A DNA stretch of 64,000 nt from Eledone cirrhosa (taxonomy: Eukaryota). The translations under genes and the position numbers were made by a program. How positions within the stretch are numbered: the stretch's first letter is position 1; each line of letters opens with the position of its first letter. Shown one piece after another: positions 17,651 to 32,802 of this stretch. The notes below the pieces were generated by a model that saw only the letters and a program-made list of their open reading frames with translations, made no database searches and was not told where the DNA came from. The stretch is taken from assembly GCA_964016885.1 (NCBI GenBank), contig OZ024740.1, positions 239,506,001 to 239,570,000 of the forward strand, written 5' to 3'.

Positions 17651-18160
17651 AGGAAGGTTACAGAATGTTTGATTAGGGACGTTTCGCCAGGAAACACTTA
17701 AGCATCAGTTTCAAATAGGTTACAGTATGAACCTCAATAAAAACATAGGGAGCTGTAGATGTGAAGTGTGTGGTCATCTAATGCACCGAAATACAGTTAC
17801 AGCCATCAGCATCATCATGTGTGTATGTATGTATTTATGTTTGTTTGTTCGTATGTATGTATGTATTTTGGGATTTACATTTGGAGAATTCGAAGTGAAA
17901 CCTGAAGTTACAGTCAACACCCTATGTATAAAATAAGGGAACAACAGAAAGGAAAGAGAGAAAAATCTACAAATATCTAAAAATATTTGGGTGTTAACCA
18001 CTATGAAATGTGAAACCAATCTGTGAACATGGTTGTAACATGCAGCTTTTGTAGAAATATCCATGATCCTCAGCAGACAACTGATGAAGGAAAATTTTCT
18101 CCCGTTCGTGCTTTCCTCTTATTTATAAGTATACCTTATCCAGCAAGTACATAGACCCTG

Positions 18161-18166
18161 TTTCTT

Positions 18167-18214
<48 letters not shown>

Positions 18215-18316
18215 AAGAAATCCTTTTCTTAATGCTTACCTGTGTTTTCTCTTTTATACTATATATATATAGTATAAAAGAGAAAACACAGGTAAGCATT
18301 AAGAAAAGGATTTCTT

Positions 18317-18378
<62 letters not shown>

Positions 18379-18910
18379 AAGAAAAGGATTTTATCCAGGT
18401 ATTTACGACCGTTTCATTGGTAAGTGCAACCTTATATTGCTATACTGCAAATAGCAGCCACTCAATGATAATTGTTGTTCACGTCCAAATTTTCAAAATA
18501 GTGAGTAAGTTACTCTTACAAAAGTTCTTAATGTATAGAGAAAAACATTTTTTTGGAATTGTATTTACTAGTATAGAGAGAGATAAAGAGGAATTAGAAA
18601 GTGAGGGGACAAACGGAATAGTATAGAGAGAGAGGAAGAGGAATTAGAAAGTGGGACTGTAATTTCCTCTTCCCCTCTCTCTATACTAGTAAATACAATT
18701 AAAAAAAAAATGTTTTTCTCTATATATTAAGAACTATTTCAAGAGTAACTTACTCACTATTTTGAAAATTTGGACGTGAACAACAATTATCATTGAGTGG
18801 CTGCTATTTGCAGTATAGCAATATAAGGTTGCATTTACCAATGAAACGGTCGTAAATACCTGGATAAAATCCTTTTCTTAATGCTTACCTGTGTTTTCTC
18901 TTTTATACTT
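18161..18910. repeat. Nested inverted repeats hinged on (TA)n
   Basis: Perfect palindrome 18211-18320; arms about 18382-18640 and 18660-18876; 18866-18908 repeats 18218-18260. Confidence 0.9.
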
Positions 18911-19037
18911 TATACTCCAAGATTGAACGGAATTCTTACAAACTTGTGGAGTTACCCCTAACCGTACGTTGAAACCGTCCATGAAACTGGCTTTGTTAAC
19001 CACGAACTGGATCACAATAAGCAATTTCCTGCTTCCC

Positions 19038-19114
<77 letters not shown>

Positions 19115-19216
19115 ATATATATGAAGTATTTCCGTATGAAGGGTAAAGGAAAGGAGAGTGCTCTATGTATGCTACAGAGCTATTTAATTATATAATAAAC
19201 AAATAAGACAATCATT

Positions 19217-19285
19217 CCATTTAATAGAGGTTTCACGAAGACAGAGAGAGCTTAACAGAGCCGTCTGAAATCGTTCATCAGAATG
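19217..19285 (-). ncRNA. Type I hammerhead motif, left arm of a fold-back
   Basis: Reverse complement: CATT-CTGATGA-ACGA...TCGT-GAAAC-CTCTAT-TA-AATG. Confidence 0.65.
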
Positions 19286-19287
19286 AG

Positions 19288-19358
19288 CCATTTCTGATGA
19301 CCGATTTCAGACGTCTCTGTTGAGCTCTGTCTGTCTTCGTGAAACCTCTGGTAAATGG
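19288..19358 (+). ncRNA. Type I hammerhead motif, right arm of a fold-back
   Basis: CCATTt-CTGATGA-cCGA..CAGAC...GTCTG..TCGt-GAAAC-CTCTG-GTA-AATGG. Confidence 0.7.
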
Positions 19359-19385
19359 AATAATTTTCTTATGTTGTTTATTACA

Positions 19386-19424
<39 letters not shown>

Positions 19425-19599
19425 AAAATATATATATACTTGTGGTAGACATTGATGCAATTCATTTCAAGCACTCAGTGGCATGTTATTTCTTCCAAGT
19501 AAGAATGATGGAGTATATTTAGAATGAGGAAAAACGAAGTTGTAGATGTTGATATATATATATATACCCAAGCCCCCTCTCACACCACACGTACATAGC

Positions 19600-20050
19600 G
19601 TTTCTGCACAGTGCCATGTACCCCATGACATTCCAAATGAATTAATCAACTCGAGTTGGTCACAAACGACCGAGCTACCATGCAATCTAATCGAACCCAG
19701 AATTACGTGATTACGTATCAAATTTCTTGCCTATAAAACTGTGACAGTGAATATATCTTAATATATCTTTTATCTCATGCACCACATTATCTGATCAATG
19801 GATCAGCCGGCTCGTAAAATTAACGTGCAAGTAGCTGAACATTCGACAGTCACGTATACCCAATACGTAGTTCTTAGAGGGGTTCAGCGTGACACAAATG
19901 GGACAAATTCAACTCATTTTTTCCCAGCTGAAAGGAGTGGATCAAAAAGAAATAAAGTGTCTTGCTCAAAGATACAACTTATCACCGAGAATCGAACTCA
20001 TGAATTTACGATCACTAGACCAACAGCCTAACCACTAAGCTACACGCCTT
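19600..20050. mobile_element. Cluster of decayed SINE fragments
   Basis: Minus-strand tRNA-like heads (GGGTTCGATT near 19690; GAGTTCGATTCTC and TTAGTGGTTAGG near 19990-20040) and a SINE-like body at 19800-19900. Confidence 0.5.
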
Positions 20051-20688
20051 TTCGGTTACCATTCCCAATCTATTTATTCAGTACCCGCAAATAGAGATTC
20101 TTACCTGATTCGGGAGACCTTTACGTTTCTTCATGGTAAACCAATAAATTCCAATTTTGAACTTTGTATTCCATTCCTAATATATTTCTCTTCCTAGACT
20201 GTCATATTACATTTACAATTCATAAGGCTAATATCCAATTTACTGTTCTTCCGGTCGTTATACACTCTTTGGTCGTCTTTACGTAAGATACGTTACCGCG
20301 CACAAGCACACAGACACACACTTTCACACGCAGACACACACACTCACACACGCACAGACACATACCCCCCCCCCACACACACACACATAAATGCACACAC
20401 ACTTTCACACACACAAGCGCACACACACGCACACACACATACACGCCATACAGCAGGGGAAGTGTTCGCTTGAGAGGAGTCCTATTACAACTCACCCGGT
20501 AAGTTAGTTATCCATCTTTAAATATAAATATATTAAAGAAGGGAAATGAAAACAAGTCGAATGTAAGAGAGAAAGAGAAAGAGAAATAGCGAGATAAAGT
20601 GTGTGTGATAGGTAGAGTGTGTGCGCGTGAGGATGAGACGGCGGAGGGGCATGTGGAGAGAGAGAGAGAAAGAGAGGTAGAGAGAGAC

Positions 20689-20731
<43 letters not shown>

Positions 20732-20903
20732 GAGAGAGAAAGTAGAGTGAGAGTGAGAGAATGAGATGAGGGGATGTGAGAAAAGAAAGATAAAGAGAGC
20801 GAGAGAGAGACAAGGGTAGAGTGTGTGTGAGAGAATGAGATGAGGGGATGTGACAAAAGAAAAATAGAGAGCGAGAGAGAGAGAAGATGAGACAAGATAG
20901 AGA

Positions 20904-20938
<35 letters not shown>

Positions 20939-21385
20939 GTAGGGAGCGAGAGAGAGAGAGAAAGAGAGAGAGAGAGGGAGCGAGCGAGAGAGAGAGAGAG
21001 AGAGAGAGGGGAGAGAGAGAGAGAGAGAGAGAGACATAAACATCGACAAAGAGAAAACATGATTGCACTATTGGAGAATCAAGGAGAAAATGTGTCTCCA
21101 GTGATTTTCTGTTAACAAAATACTGCAAAAGAACACGTCTCTATTACAGTCCCATAGACAATGTAATTTCCTTCCAATGCAGAATATATTGCAAAGAAAT
21201 CTTTTCTGATGGAATTCATGGAAAAAACCAATAAAAAGAACAATGAATTTCAATATAATAGAGAATACTATAGTTGACTATAATAATGATATTAAATAAC
21301 TATTTCTTCTCATTAAACATTCGACGTATTTCCTAAATATGATTTGGTCATTTTTACCATCACTGCTCTTCTTCCCCTCCTCCTC

Positions 21386-21499
<114 letters not shown>

Positions 21500-21675
21500 T
21501 AGGATACTATTTATAGTTATGTACATACTATAAACAACTATAAACAGGAAAGGTCAGTAATTTCCTACTACCTTATTACCAGTAAGAGAAATAGCTCAAT
21601 GTAAGAACATCAGGTGTTTTACAGAGCTGGAATATAAATTACACAATTATCAAAGTTATGTTCAAATCATTTAAT

Positions 21676-21722
21676 TGCTGACAATCGTTTCTTCCAAACT
21701 TTCGTTTGGAGTCATCGGAACA
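21676..21722 (-). ncRNA. Type I hammerhead with one core substitution (CCGATGA)
   Basis: Reverse complement: TGTT-CCGATGA-cTCCAAAC gaaa GTTTGGAa-GAAAC-GATT-GTC-AGCA. Confidence 0.65.
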
Positions 21723-22126
21723 TTATCAATGTTTGTACATATAATTAAACTCCTATACAACTGAACAATCATATAGATACATATATATATTGATATTGTG
21801 AGCAACAGTTTTGTATTTACAGGGTGTAAGGGATGCAACATATATTATACGAGAATTGTACAATAATTAAAATTAAAATTAAAAGCACAGAGTGGAATAC
21901 ATGCAACAGATAATACATGGGAATAGTCTAATAATTAAAGAGGCATTGAGAAAGAATGAGGACACTAACAGTACATATGCAAGCGTGTGGACTCTGCTCC
22001 TCAGATCTGATTGATCTGGTGCCACCCCAACTCCGTACAAACTACTACATACACACTTTCTGTCCCGCGTAACGCAGTCCCTCTGGCATTTTCTCACAGC
22101 TCATATTTTTTTCTTCTAGCCTACGG

Positions 22127-22207
<81 letters not shown>

Positions 22208-22267
22208 GTATATATATATATAAAAAACCTCACTTTCTAATACATACCCACCACACGAAGACCGAAA

Positions 22268-25200
22268 ATGCCACCAAAGTCTCAACAAAACAACAACTCA
22301 CTGAACCAGGACATCTTAAATGAACTCAAAGACATTTCCTCTAAATTCTCAATTTTGACCAACAAAGTGGACCAAATACACATCTATTAAAAAAGGACCC
22401 CACGAAGAAACAGAAAATACCCAAGAGACGAATATTACTCCAGCATTAACTAAACTAATCGAAACCATTGAAACAGCAATGCTCCAAAAGCTGGAACAAC
22501 CATTAGAACCCAATCTACGAGATGTCCACTCAGTGAAAAACACCCTAATCAATATATGGACTCAAAAGCTCACAGCCCGCAAATTCGCCCTTTGGAATCT
22601 CCTAAAAAATAATGGCAAGGCAGACATATATGAAAAGTGGCTAAACTCTACCGCAATCTCCACCCCAAATAAAACCCATCCCGAATGTACCAGAAAACCA
22701 ACAAAGACTTAGGGAAAAGATGGCGTTAGAAAAATCTAAAATAGAAATAGAACTGTTGAGATTAAGAGCCAACTCCAACGAAGAAAAATTCAAGTCACTC
22801 GACCAACAGATGGACACAGAAATCTCAAAGCACTCTGAAGGCCTACTCTACGAAAAAACCTTAAAACTTTGGAAAGAAAACTGTGAGGATGAAGAACTAA
22901 CATCCCTCCAGCGATGGGAAAAAAACGCCCCCTAGTTTAACAACTACGAAATGGACTTCAAAAATGAACAACATACAGGTAACCCATTTTTAAAACAAAC
23001 TAAAACTCACACACCACGTGGACAACAAATAACAAAAAAAGTAACAAAACATGCACAACAAATAACAAAAAAAGTAACAAAACGTCCAACACCCCCCCAG
23101 CAAAACTATAACGATAATCCCAGAAACCATAGACAAAACTATAACCTACTAACAAAAACCGAAGATCCCCGTACACAAGGCAGGACCCGATCCGCAGATC
23201 ACAACCCACACAAAACCTATTCCAAAACTGTAGACCCCTTCCCACACAGAGCCTGTTCCAAAACCGTAGATCCCAACCCACACAAAGGAACAAAATCTAC
23301 AACCCGGACTATCAACAAACCGAACCTCAATACGTCCCAAACTTCTATACAAGACCACACAACAACAGGGGAAATACCATTAGATATAATAATACCATTG
23401 AAAAAACATTCCAGAAAATTCATTTTTTAGACCAAGGCTACAGGACCCACGACACCCGGTGGCACAAACCGATTTTGAAAAACCGAAAATAATCAACCTT
23501 TCAAATACAAACCTCTCAGCCCAACAAGTAAAAATTCTCTCCAAAGGACTGAAATTCACACCAACACCACAATACTCTAACCCCAATGAGATAAATGATG
23601 ATATCTCACACTTCTGTAGAAAATTACGTCTCACAGAGGAATTCTTTGACAAGGAGAATAACGACGAATCAATTGTACGGAATAAAAGCAGCTACAACCC
23701 AACAAAAAGTAGAACCAGAGTTCTGGACAAATTGTGTGACCACATAGCTACTTTCCCATACCGTGAACTACCGCAACCTAAACCCAAACCCAACACGAGT
23801 CGAAGGGAATGGAGATTATCCATGAACTAAAAAACAATACGGACATTATAATTAAGGAAGCGGACAAGGGAAGTACTGTTGTCATTATGGAGGTTGAAAA
23901 ATATAAAAATTCTATGTTCTCTCTCTTACAAAATACTAATTACTATGAAAGAGTAAAAAACTACCAGCAATAAAAAAACAATGACCAGATTAAACACACT
24001 GATTTATCGATACCAGGAAGACCTAACTAAAAAGTAACGCGATTATTTAACACATTTTGAATACAAAACCAGCAACATTTACGGACTTCCGAAGATCCAC
24101 AAGTGTAAAATAATTAACGATGCCTGTAAACAATCAACCTCAGCCTGCGTGAACACACAATACCCCACAGACCTTAAATTAAGACCAATTGTAGCGGGCC
24201 TACAATGTGAAACACACAGACTGAGCAACTTTATAGACATACTACTAAAACCAATTCTCAAACACATACCAAGCCTTGTAAGAGACGATCTGGACCTCTT
24301 AAACCACCTCCCCAAACATGTCAACAACGACACTATTATTGTGTCTTTCGATGTAGTGAATCTCTACACAACGATCCCACACCAATACGGACTAGAAGCA
24401 ATAGGATTCTGGCTAGAGAAATATCCCAATGAGATACCTGGCAGAATAGAAAAAAGCTTCATCACCGAGGGACTAAAATTCACCTTACAGAACAACTTTT
24501 TTTATTTCGATGGCGGTACTTAAAAGCAAATATCGGGGACTGCGATGGGTACAAAAGCCGCTCCAACTTATGCCAACTTAGTCATAGCAAACTTAGAAGT
24601 CCAGATATATGAACAGTCCAAATCAAAATACGGATTGAACTTCCATAAATATTTATCAGAGAATTGGAAACGCTACTTGGATGATTGTCTCATTCATTGG
24701 TCCCACACACTCGACCAACTGAAGGATTTCAAAAACTTAATAAACGGCATCAATAACCACATCCAATTCACAATGGAATACAGCCAAGATCAACTCCCAT
24801 TTCTGGACATCTTAATCTTTAAAAAAGACACAAATATAGAAACTGACATACACTACAAACCAACAGATTCCAAACAATACCTGCTATTCACCTCCAACCA
24901 TCCAAAGCACACGAAGACGAACATTCCTTTTAACCTAGCAAGAAGAATTTGCACAATTGTCTCCAATTATGAAACGCGAAATAAAAGACTTCAAGAATTA
25001 AAGGAAATTCTACTCGAAAGAGAGTACCCACCATTACTAATAAATAATGGAATAGAAAGGGCTAAAGCAATAGGCATTGATGAATTACGAAAACAGAAAC
25101 AATTTCAAGGTACGTCCAATATTCTATCATATATCTCAACACACAACCCAAGAAATGCGGAAGCTTACAACACTATTCACAAGAACATCCCACTACTAAA

Positions 25201-25715
25201 ACAAAACCCAAGAATGAAAAAGGCCCTTGAAACACACAAAATAATCAAAAGCAAAAGACAACCGAAATCACTGAAAACATTACTCACCAATGCCAAATTA
25301 CCTACCACAAACCCACAACCAACTGTCAAAAAATGTGGTCGCTCTAATTGTGGAACCTGCACTCACCTCATTGACGGCAACACGTATACATTTAAATCAG
25401 GACACAATTTTGCTGTAAAAAAATCACTTCACTTGCTCATCAAAAAATCTGATTTAAGCCATTAAATGTAAAGGATGCAATGAAGATTATATAGGACAAA
25501 CTAAACTCACACTCAGAAACAGAATGACTGTTCATCGCCAACAATTACGAGATCCAATCACGAGACAGATACCACTAAGCGCACATCTAGACATATGCGC
25601 AAGTAATAAGACACCCAAATTCCAAGTCTTCCCATTTTACCTTTGCGAACAAATACGAATAAATAAGGAAAATATGTTTATTCAAAAATATAGACCAGCA
25701 TTAAATATGGTTTAA
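22268..25715 (+). pseudogene. Penelope polyprotein (N-terminal extension, RT, GIY-YIG), frameshifted and with stops
   Basis: IINLSNTNLS..ILSKGLKFTPTP, IIIKEADKG, YGLPKIHK, LRPIVAG, FDVVNLY, GTAMG, RYLDD, CGRSNCGTC, YIGQT, E..FIQKYRPALN. Confidence 0.93.
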
Positions 25716-26213
25716 TAAACATTATGTCAACACCATAACATGCTAACCATCCAAACAGACACATACACACACACACAACACCTGCTACTTTAGAAAATAA
25801 AAAGCCGAACTAAATAAACCTTAACATACGTTTCGCTGACAATACAACAGAAAAAATACGAATAAGTAAGGAAAATATGTTCATTCAAAAATATTCCTAC
25901 TAAAGGAATCATTTTCCTACACACACATACACTCACACACACACACACACACACACAATATATATATTCTCTTCATCTTAACATGCTAACCATACTCCCA
26001 CACACATAACCCCCCCCCCCCCCCCCCCACACACACACAACTCCCTCCCCCATTTCTACTAATAGAATCACTTTCCTACACACATATATACACACACACA
26101 CAAAATATATATATTCTCTCCATCTTAACATACTCCGACACACACACACATAACACCCATATACACACACACTCAACTCCCTCACCCATTTTTACTAATA
26201 GAATCATCTTCCA

Positions 26214-27375
<1,162 letters not shown>

Positions 27376-27777
27376 CATATATGAAAAAAAACAACTTGTG
27401 CCCCCCCCCCCCTTGTTTGAAAAACTTTGTAACGCGAACTGGCGCGAAATTTATTATAATTATTGACCAACCAATCAAATTACTTCTCTAAAAACCTGGC
27501 ATTTCGAGCCACTTTTTTTCCATATAAAACAAGTAACATTCAGAGACCAACCAGATGTGAGAAAAACTACAGACCCTCCATCTCAACTCTACTTTTGAAA
27601 CGCAGAAGAACTGCGAAACCGGTAAAGGAACCAAATAAATATATATATTTAAAATAAATAAGACTCCTGTTGCATTTTCGATTTCATCTTTTTTTCTTTA
27701 TACTTTCACTTGTGTCGGACACCTCGGTTATTTTTATTTTTGTGAAAAAAACCTCACTTTCTAATATATATATATAC

Positions 27778-27883
<106 letters not shown>

Positions 27884-27884
27884 G

Positions 27885-28002
<118 letters not shown>

Positions 28003-28051
28003 GTATATATATATATATATATATATACGTATATATATATATATATATATA

Positions 28052-28385
28052 TGTCGTCGGCAAATTCAGCATCCGATACCTTTTTCGCCCCAACTCTCCT
28101 GCTCTGAGCCGGTGCTACAGTAAAGCCAGAGTCCTGGTGTTTCTCCAGTGCAAGGCGCATACAATAGTCCACTACGATGATAAAAAGGTAGGGAGCCAAT
28201 GTATCTCCCTGGAGCACTCCAGCCAGTATCTCAAAGAACTCTGTCATCCCTTCAGGTGTAATGACTTGGGCTTTGGTGTTGGTGTAGAGCAGTGATATCA
28301 GGTCCACTATCCTCTTGGGGATTCCATAAGCCTGTAAGATCTTCATCAGGCAGTAACGGTCCACAGAATCAAAGGCCTTCCTAAA
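28052..28385 (-). pseudogene. Inverted 5' segment of an RTE-type LINE RT
   Basis: [10 protein letters not shown]...[13 protein letters not shown]...EFADDI, running into (TA)n. Confidence 0.9.
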
Positions 28386-28388
28386 GTT

Positions 28389-29113
28389 TTGGTGACAAAT
28401 GCAGTGAAGGAGGCAGAGGATTTGATGCGGGAGGTTGAGACTGTGTTGATGAGTGTGGGGCTGAGAAACAAAATATCTGGTAGAGAATGTTGAGAAGCCA
28501 GAGGGGATCACTAATGTAGGCGGGAAGCCGCTGGAATTGGTTGAGGACTTCCTGTATTTGGGAGCAAAGATTGGGAATACGGAGGATGATGTGGTTGAGA
28601 GGAAGAGCAAGGCCTGGGCGGCGTGCCACAGCTTGAGATCGGTGTGGAAGTCGGACCTTCGTAGAGACCTGAAAATCCGCCTCTTCATTGCTGTAGTGGA
28701 GTCTGTGCTGTTGTATGGGTCTGAGACTTGGACACTGACCAAGAAACTCACTCAGATGGTGGATGGGTGCTACACGAGAATGCTGAGGATGGCTCTGAAC
28801 ATTAATCAGTATACACTGAGGATGAAAAACTCAGAGCTGTATGGGAGCATCCCAAAAGTCAGCTCAAAAGTGACACAGAGGAGACTGAGGTTGGCTGGAC
28901 ATGCTCACCGACATCCAGAGTTGACATTGCACTCAGTGCTCCTTTGGGAACCCCTACATGGACACACTAGAAGAGGAAGACCAAGGTTAACATATGTTGA
29001 TGCCCTAAGGACAGACACTGGTCTGTTGGAGATGCAGGATATGGCAGCGATAATGAGGGACAGAGACCGTTGGAGAGAACTCGTCCATGGATCTCGGGAA
29101 TTTTACCCGCCTT

Positions 29114-29115
<2 letters not shown>
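28389..29115 (+). pseudogene. 3' segment of the same RTE-type LINE RT/C-terminal domain
   Basis: [12 protein letters not shown].., [36 protein letters not shown]; the stop codon is followed directly by (TA)n. Confidence 0.9.
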
Positions 29116-29191
<76 letters not shown>

Positions 29192-29192
29192 G

Positions 29193-29248
<56 letters not shown>

Positions 29249-29272
29249 CATATATATATATATATGTATATA

Positions 29273-29409
<137 letters not shown>

Positions 29410-29489
29410 AATTAGTATATCTACCAACATATATATACAGATGTATACCTATGCAAGCAAATATATAGGTTTTGTCTTAGTAACTTAGT

Positions 29490-29554
29490 AACCGATTATG
29501 CATATACGCTAGCTTGGCCGTATACTAAAGCTTCGTCAATGCTGTACTAAAATT

Positions 29555-29586
<32 letters not shown>

Positions 29587-30257
29587 ATTAGTATATCTAC
29601 CAACATATGTATACAGATGTATACCTATGCTAGCAAATATATATGTTATGTCTTAGTACATTTGTGGTTCAATGCAAGGGGATGCAGAACAATTATATGA
29701 AAAACGTAAAATAAGAAAATTATAGTAACTTAAATTTCACTCCAAATTATTTGTTGAGCAAAACTTGCCGAAATTACTACTATGGTTCATGGTAGTAGTT
29801 ATGCTCTTGTCTTATTACCACTCCACTCCTCACTGATTAACCTCAGTGTCACGTGATTGATTCTTTAGTATTTGCCACTGACCAAGTAGGCAGTGAATTT
29901 TTTCAGTGCCCTGGAATCTAGTCCCCGCTCGCTTTTTTCCATCCACTGAATTATTATTTTTATATGGGTTCCTAGTGTCCGCGCATTGCCTGGGAACTTA
30001 GCTGAGAATAGACTCCCTGATGACGTAAGGATTTCTCTATGGTTGCGTTGCGTAAGTATATTTATTCCCTTACAGAAACTAATTAGTTGGAGTGAACATT
30101 TTAGTAAGTAAGTTAATTTTAAAATTTTCTTATTTTACGTCTTTCATATAATTGTTCTGCATCCCCTTGCATAGAACCACAAATGTACTAAGACATAACA
30201 TATATATTTGCTAGCATAGGTATACATCTGTATACATATGTTGGTAGATATACTAAT

Positions 30258-30289
<32 letters not shown>

Positions 30290-30352
30290 AATGTTAGTAC
30301 AGCATTGACGAAGCTTTAGTATACGGCCAAGCTAGCGTATATGCATAATCGG
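29490..30352. repeat. Inverted-repeat module (29490-29745 vs 30087-30352) containing a hammerhead
   Basis: Arms are reverse complements; partial extra copies at 29405-29482 and 30945-30978. Confidence 0.88.
30012..30093 (+). ncRNA. Type I hammerhead ribozyme, long loop II
   Basis: ACTCC-CTGATGA-cGTAAGG...CCTTACa-GAAAC-TAATTA-GTT-GGAGT; perfect 5-bp stem I, palindromic ACTAATTAGT. Confidence 0.82.
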
Positions 30353-30979
30353 TCTGTAGGTTTATCACTCGGATGGGGTAAGACCCCAGAGTAATAACAT
30401 CATGTTCAGACAGCTTAGCAAATCAGATATAGCGGTCAGCAGTTCAGCCGCATTACCAGAGCAACGAAAATACAGGACCCAGGAAAAGATTTCATACTGA
30501 CCCGGACATAGCGGTGAGGCTGAGTGTAAAATATATAACATACATCGTATATCCACAATATAGATCACATATAGCATCCAACATCAGCGCTAAGTTTCTG
30601 CAAATCCACGATCGACAAATTCCTATTGCAGGAGTCTGCAATATAATGGTTTTTGACGACAGAACATATGATTTACTTCTTCAGCAAGTCTTTCGTTCTT
30701 AGCCAAAGCGGGTATGTTGTAACTTTAAAAGTCGCCACAAACACGTGGTTTACTCCAAGGGAGGTAACCCTCGCTTAGGCAGTGTATTCTAATTTGAGGT
30801 AAAGGAATGAATCCCTTTATACAAACCGAATAAAGCACTCGACCAGAAGTTATCAAACAAACTTAAACAATTAATAAATCAATAGAATCATCTAATTAAA
30901 TTAATCAGTTAATCGTTAATTCTAGGAGTAAATATAAATTTTATTACAGCATTGACGAAGCTTTAGTATACGGCCAACC

Positions 30980-31011
<32 letters not shown>

Positions 31012-31076
31012 TATTCTTTATTATGACTAAGTTATAAAACTTATCACTTAGCCATACTAAATAATATTATTAAATT

Positions 31077-31256
31077 GCCAGTATCGGTAGAGAGTCGGAC
31101 ACCATGCTTTGAAGCATAGAGTTACGTCCCTTTATGATCTGAGTTCAAATCCCGCCGAGGTTAACTTTGCTTTTCATCCTTACGGGGTCGATAAAATAAA
31201 GTACCAGTAATTTACTGGGTTGTTGCTGACCTTGTGCCTAAAATAGAAACAATTAT
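31077..31256 (+). mobile_element. tRNA-derived SINE (5'-clipped)
   Basis: Same family as 182-370. Confidence 0.8.
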
Positions 31257-32436
31257 TAAATTCTACTTTAGTATTGAGTACTCATTCTCACGCCCCTCAA
31301 CATTATCCGCACATATATACAAATACACAAACATACGTACATACATACATACATACATACATACATACATCTAACCATTAATATTTCCAGAGAAAATCAT
31401 TGTAGCGGAATATTTTTTACAAAACACTGAATAACCCACATCATTTACGGTTTGGTGTCTTTGTTCCGTACAATTTCATCAGATAAATTCTCAGACTCTT
31501 CTAGGAATTATGTTTCGACAGCTTCAGTTGACGTCAAACTCAATCGATGTACAATTTCTATTGTTATACATTCCCCTTGAAGCTTAATACTAAATCTGCA
31601 AATCTCATCGTCAAATGCATCCGTTTCTAAATATTTAAGAACTAAACGTTATTTCTAACAACAGTCTTTGTGATAACGCTTTGAATTAACTTTCTTTTTT
31701 CAAAACATTCATGAATGATTTATTGTAATGTAAAATGTCCTGTTGTGCAATGTGGACAAAAGTTACTTTCGCGTACTAAACTGTATGTATTGTATTTTTC
31801 GATTCAGTTATTCTGCTTTTTCTTCTATTTGTTTTATGATAAAATAGTTTTTATAACAACAAAAACTCAATGACTTATAAATAATTGCTATTTGTTCACC
31901 GACTTACCATATTTATAAGCAATACGATGGAGATTCTGCAAAACTACTTGATTTTCTAGAAATAGCAACTAAATATGCTTCAAATCACACTTTTAAAGAA
32001 GGGCTCCTAGATAAAAATAAACGACGGAATAATTCGTGCAAAGACACCTTTGATCGTAGGTGAGCACAATCAGAGCTGACCTAGATAACAATAACGACAG
32101 TACCTAAAACTACAGCTAAGACTGTAATAAGAATTACAACAGCAACAATGACTATAATAAAACAGTAACCACAACAACACACATTTCATAATTATCATAT
32201 TCTGCTTAAGCAATGTTGACATGGGACTAAACGACATGTTACTCCCTTAGCTATATTTTGTTTTAATTGTAAAGTCACGGAGAGGGTTTTTGTTTTATAA
32301 CTGCACGGATAATCTTAATTACCCGAAGCCTTTCAACTCCCTATATTAAGCATGTGTTTGTTTATTACCGTAAACAAACACATGCACGAACGCGTACGCA
32401 CACACACATGAACACACGCAGAGACATACATGCACG

Positions 32437-32506
<70 letters not shown>

Positions 32507-32606
32507 AGAAGATTTAAGATAAGTTAAGTCGTAACTTATAAAATATATAAAAGTTTAAAGACACATTCGCTATTCCCTTCTTACAATGAAAAGCATATGA
32601 CATAGT

Positions 32607-32643
32607 CTTTACACGTTTCATAGGTTTTGCTGTTCATCAGAAG
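32607..32643 (-). ncRNA. Decayed minimal hammerhead
   Basis: Reverse complement: CTT-CTGATGA-AcAG...CTaT-GAAACGT-GTA-AAG. Confidence 0.5.
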
Positions 32644-32802
32644 CCCAATATTCTTTTACTTCAACCAACGAAGGAGATTACTAACGGTCGATATTTATGT
32701 CAATATAAAATTCGGGATTAACTGAAACTGCCATTCTAACGTGCTTTTGTATGGAAATCACTTCAATAAATATTTATTCACAACGCAACGTATATTAGAT
32801 GT

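Noticed and set aside
18076-18110. CTGATGAAGG as a hammerhead
   Set aside because: No downstream GAAA-NUH with a matching stem I.
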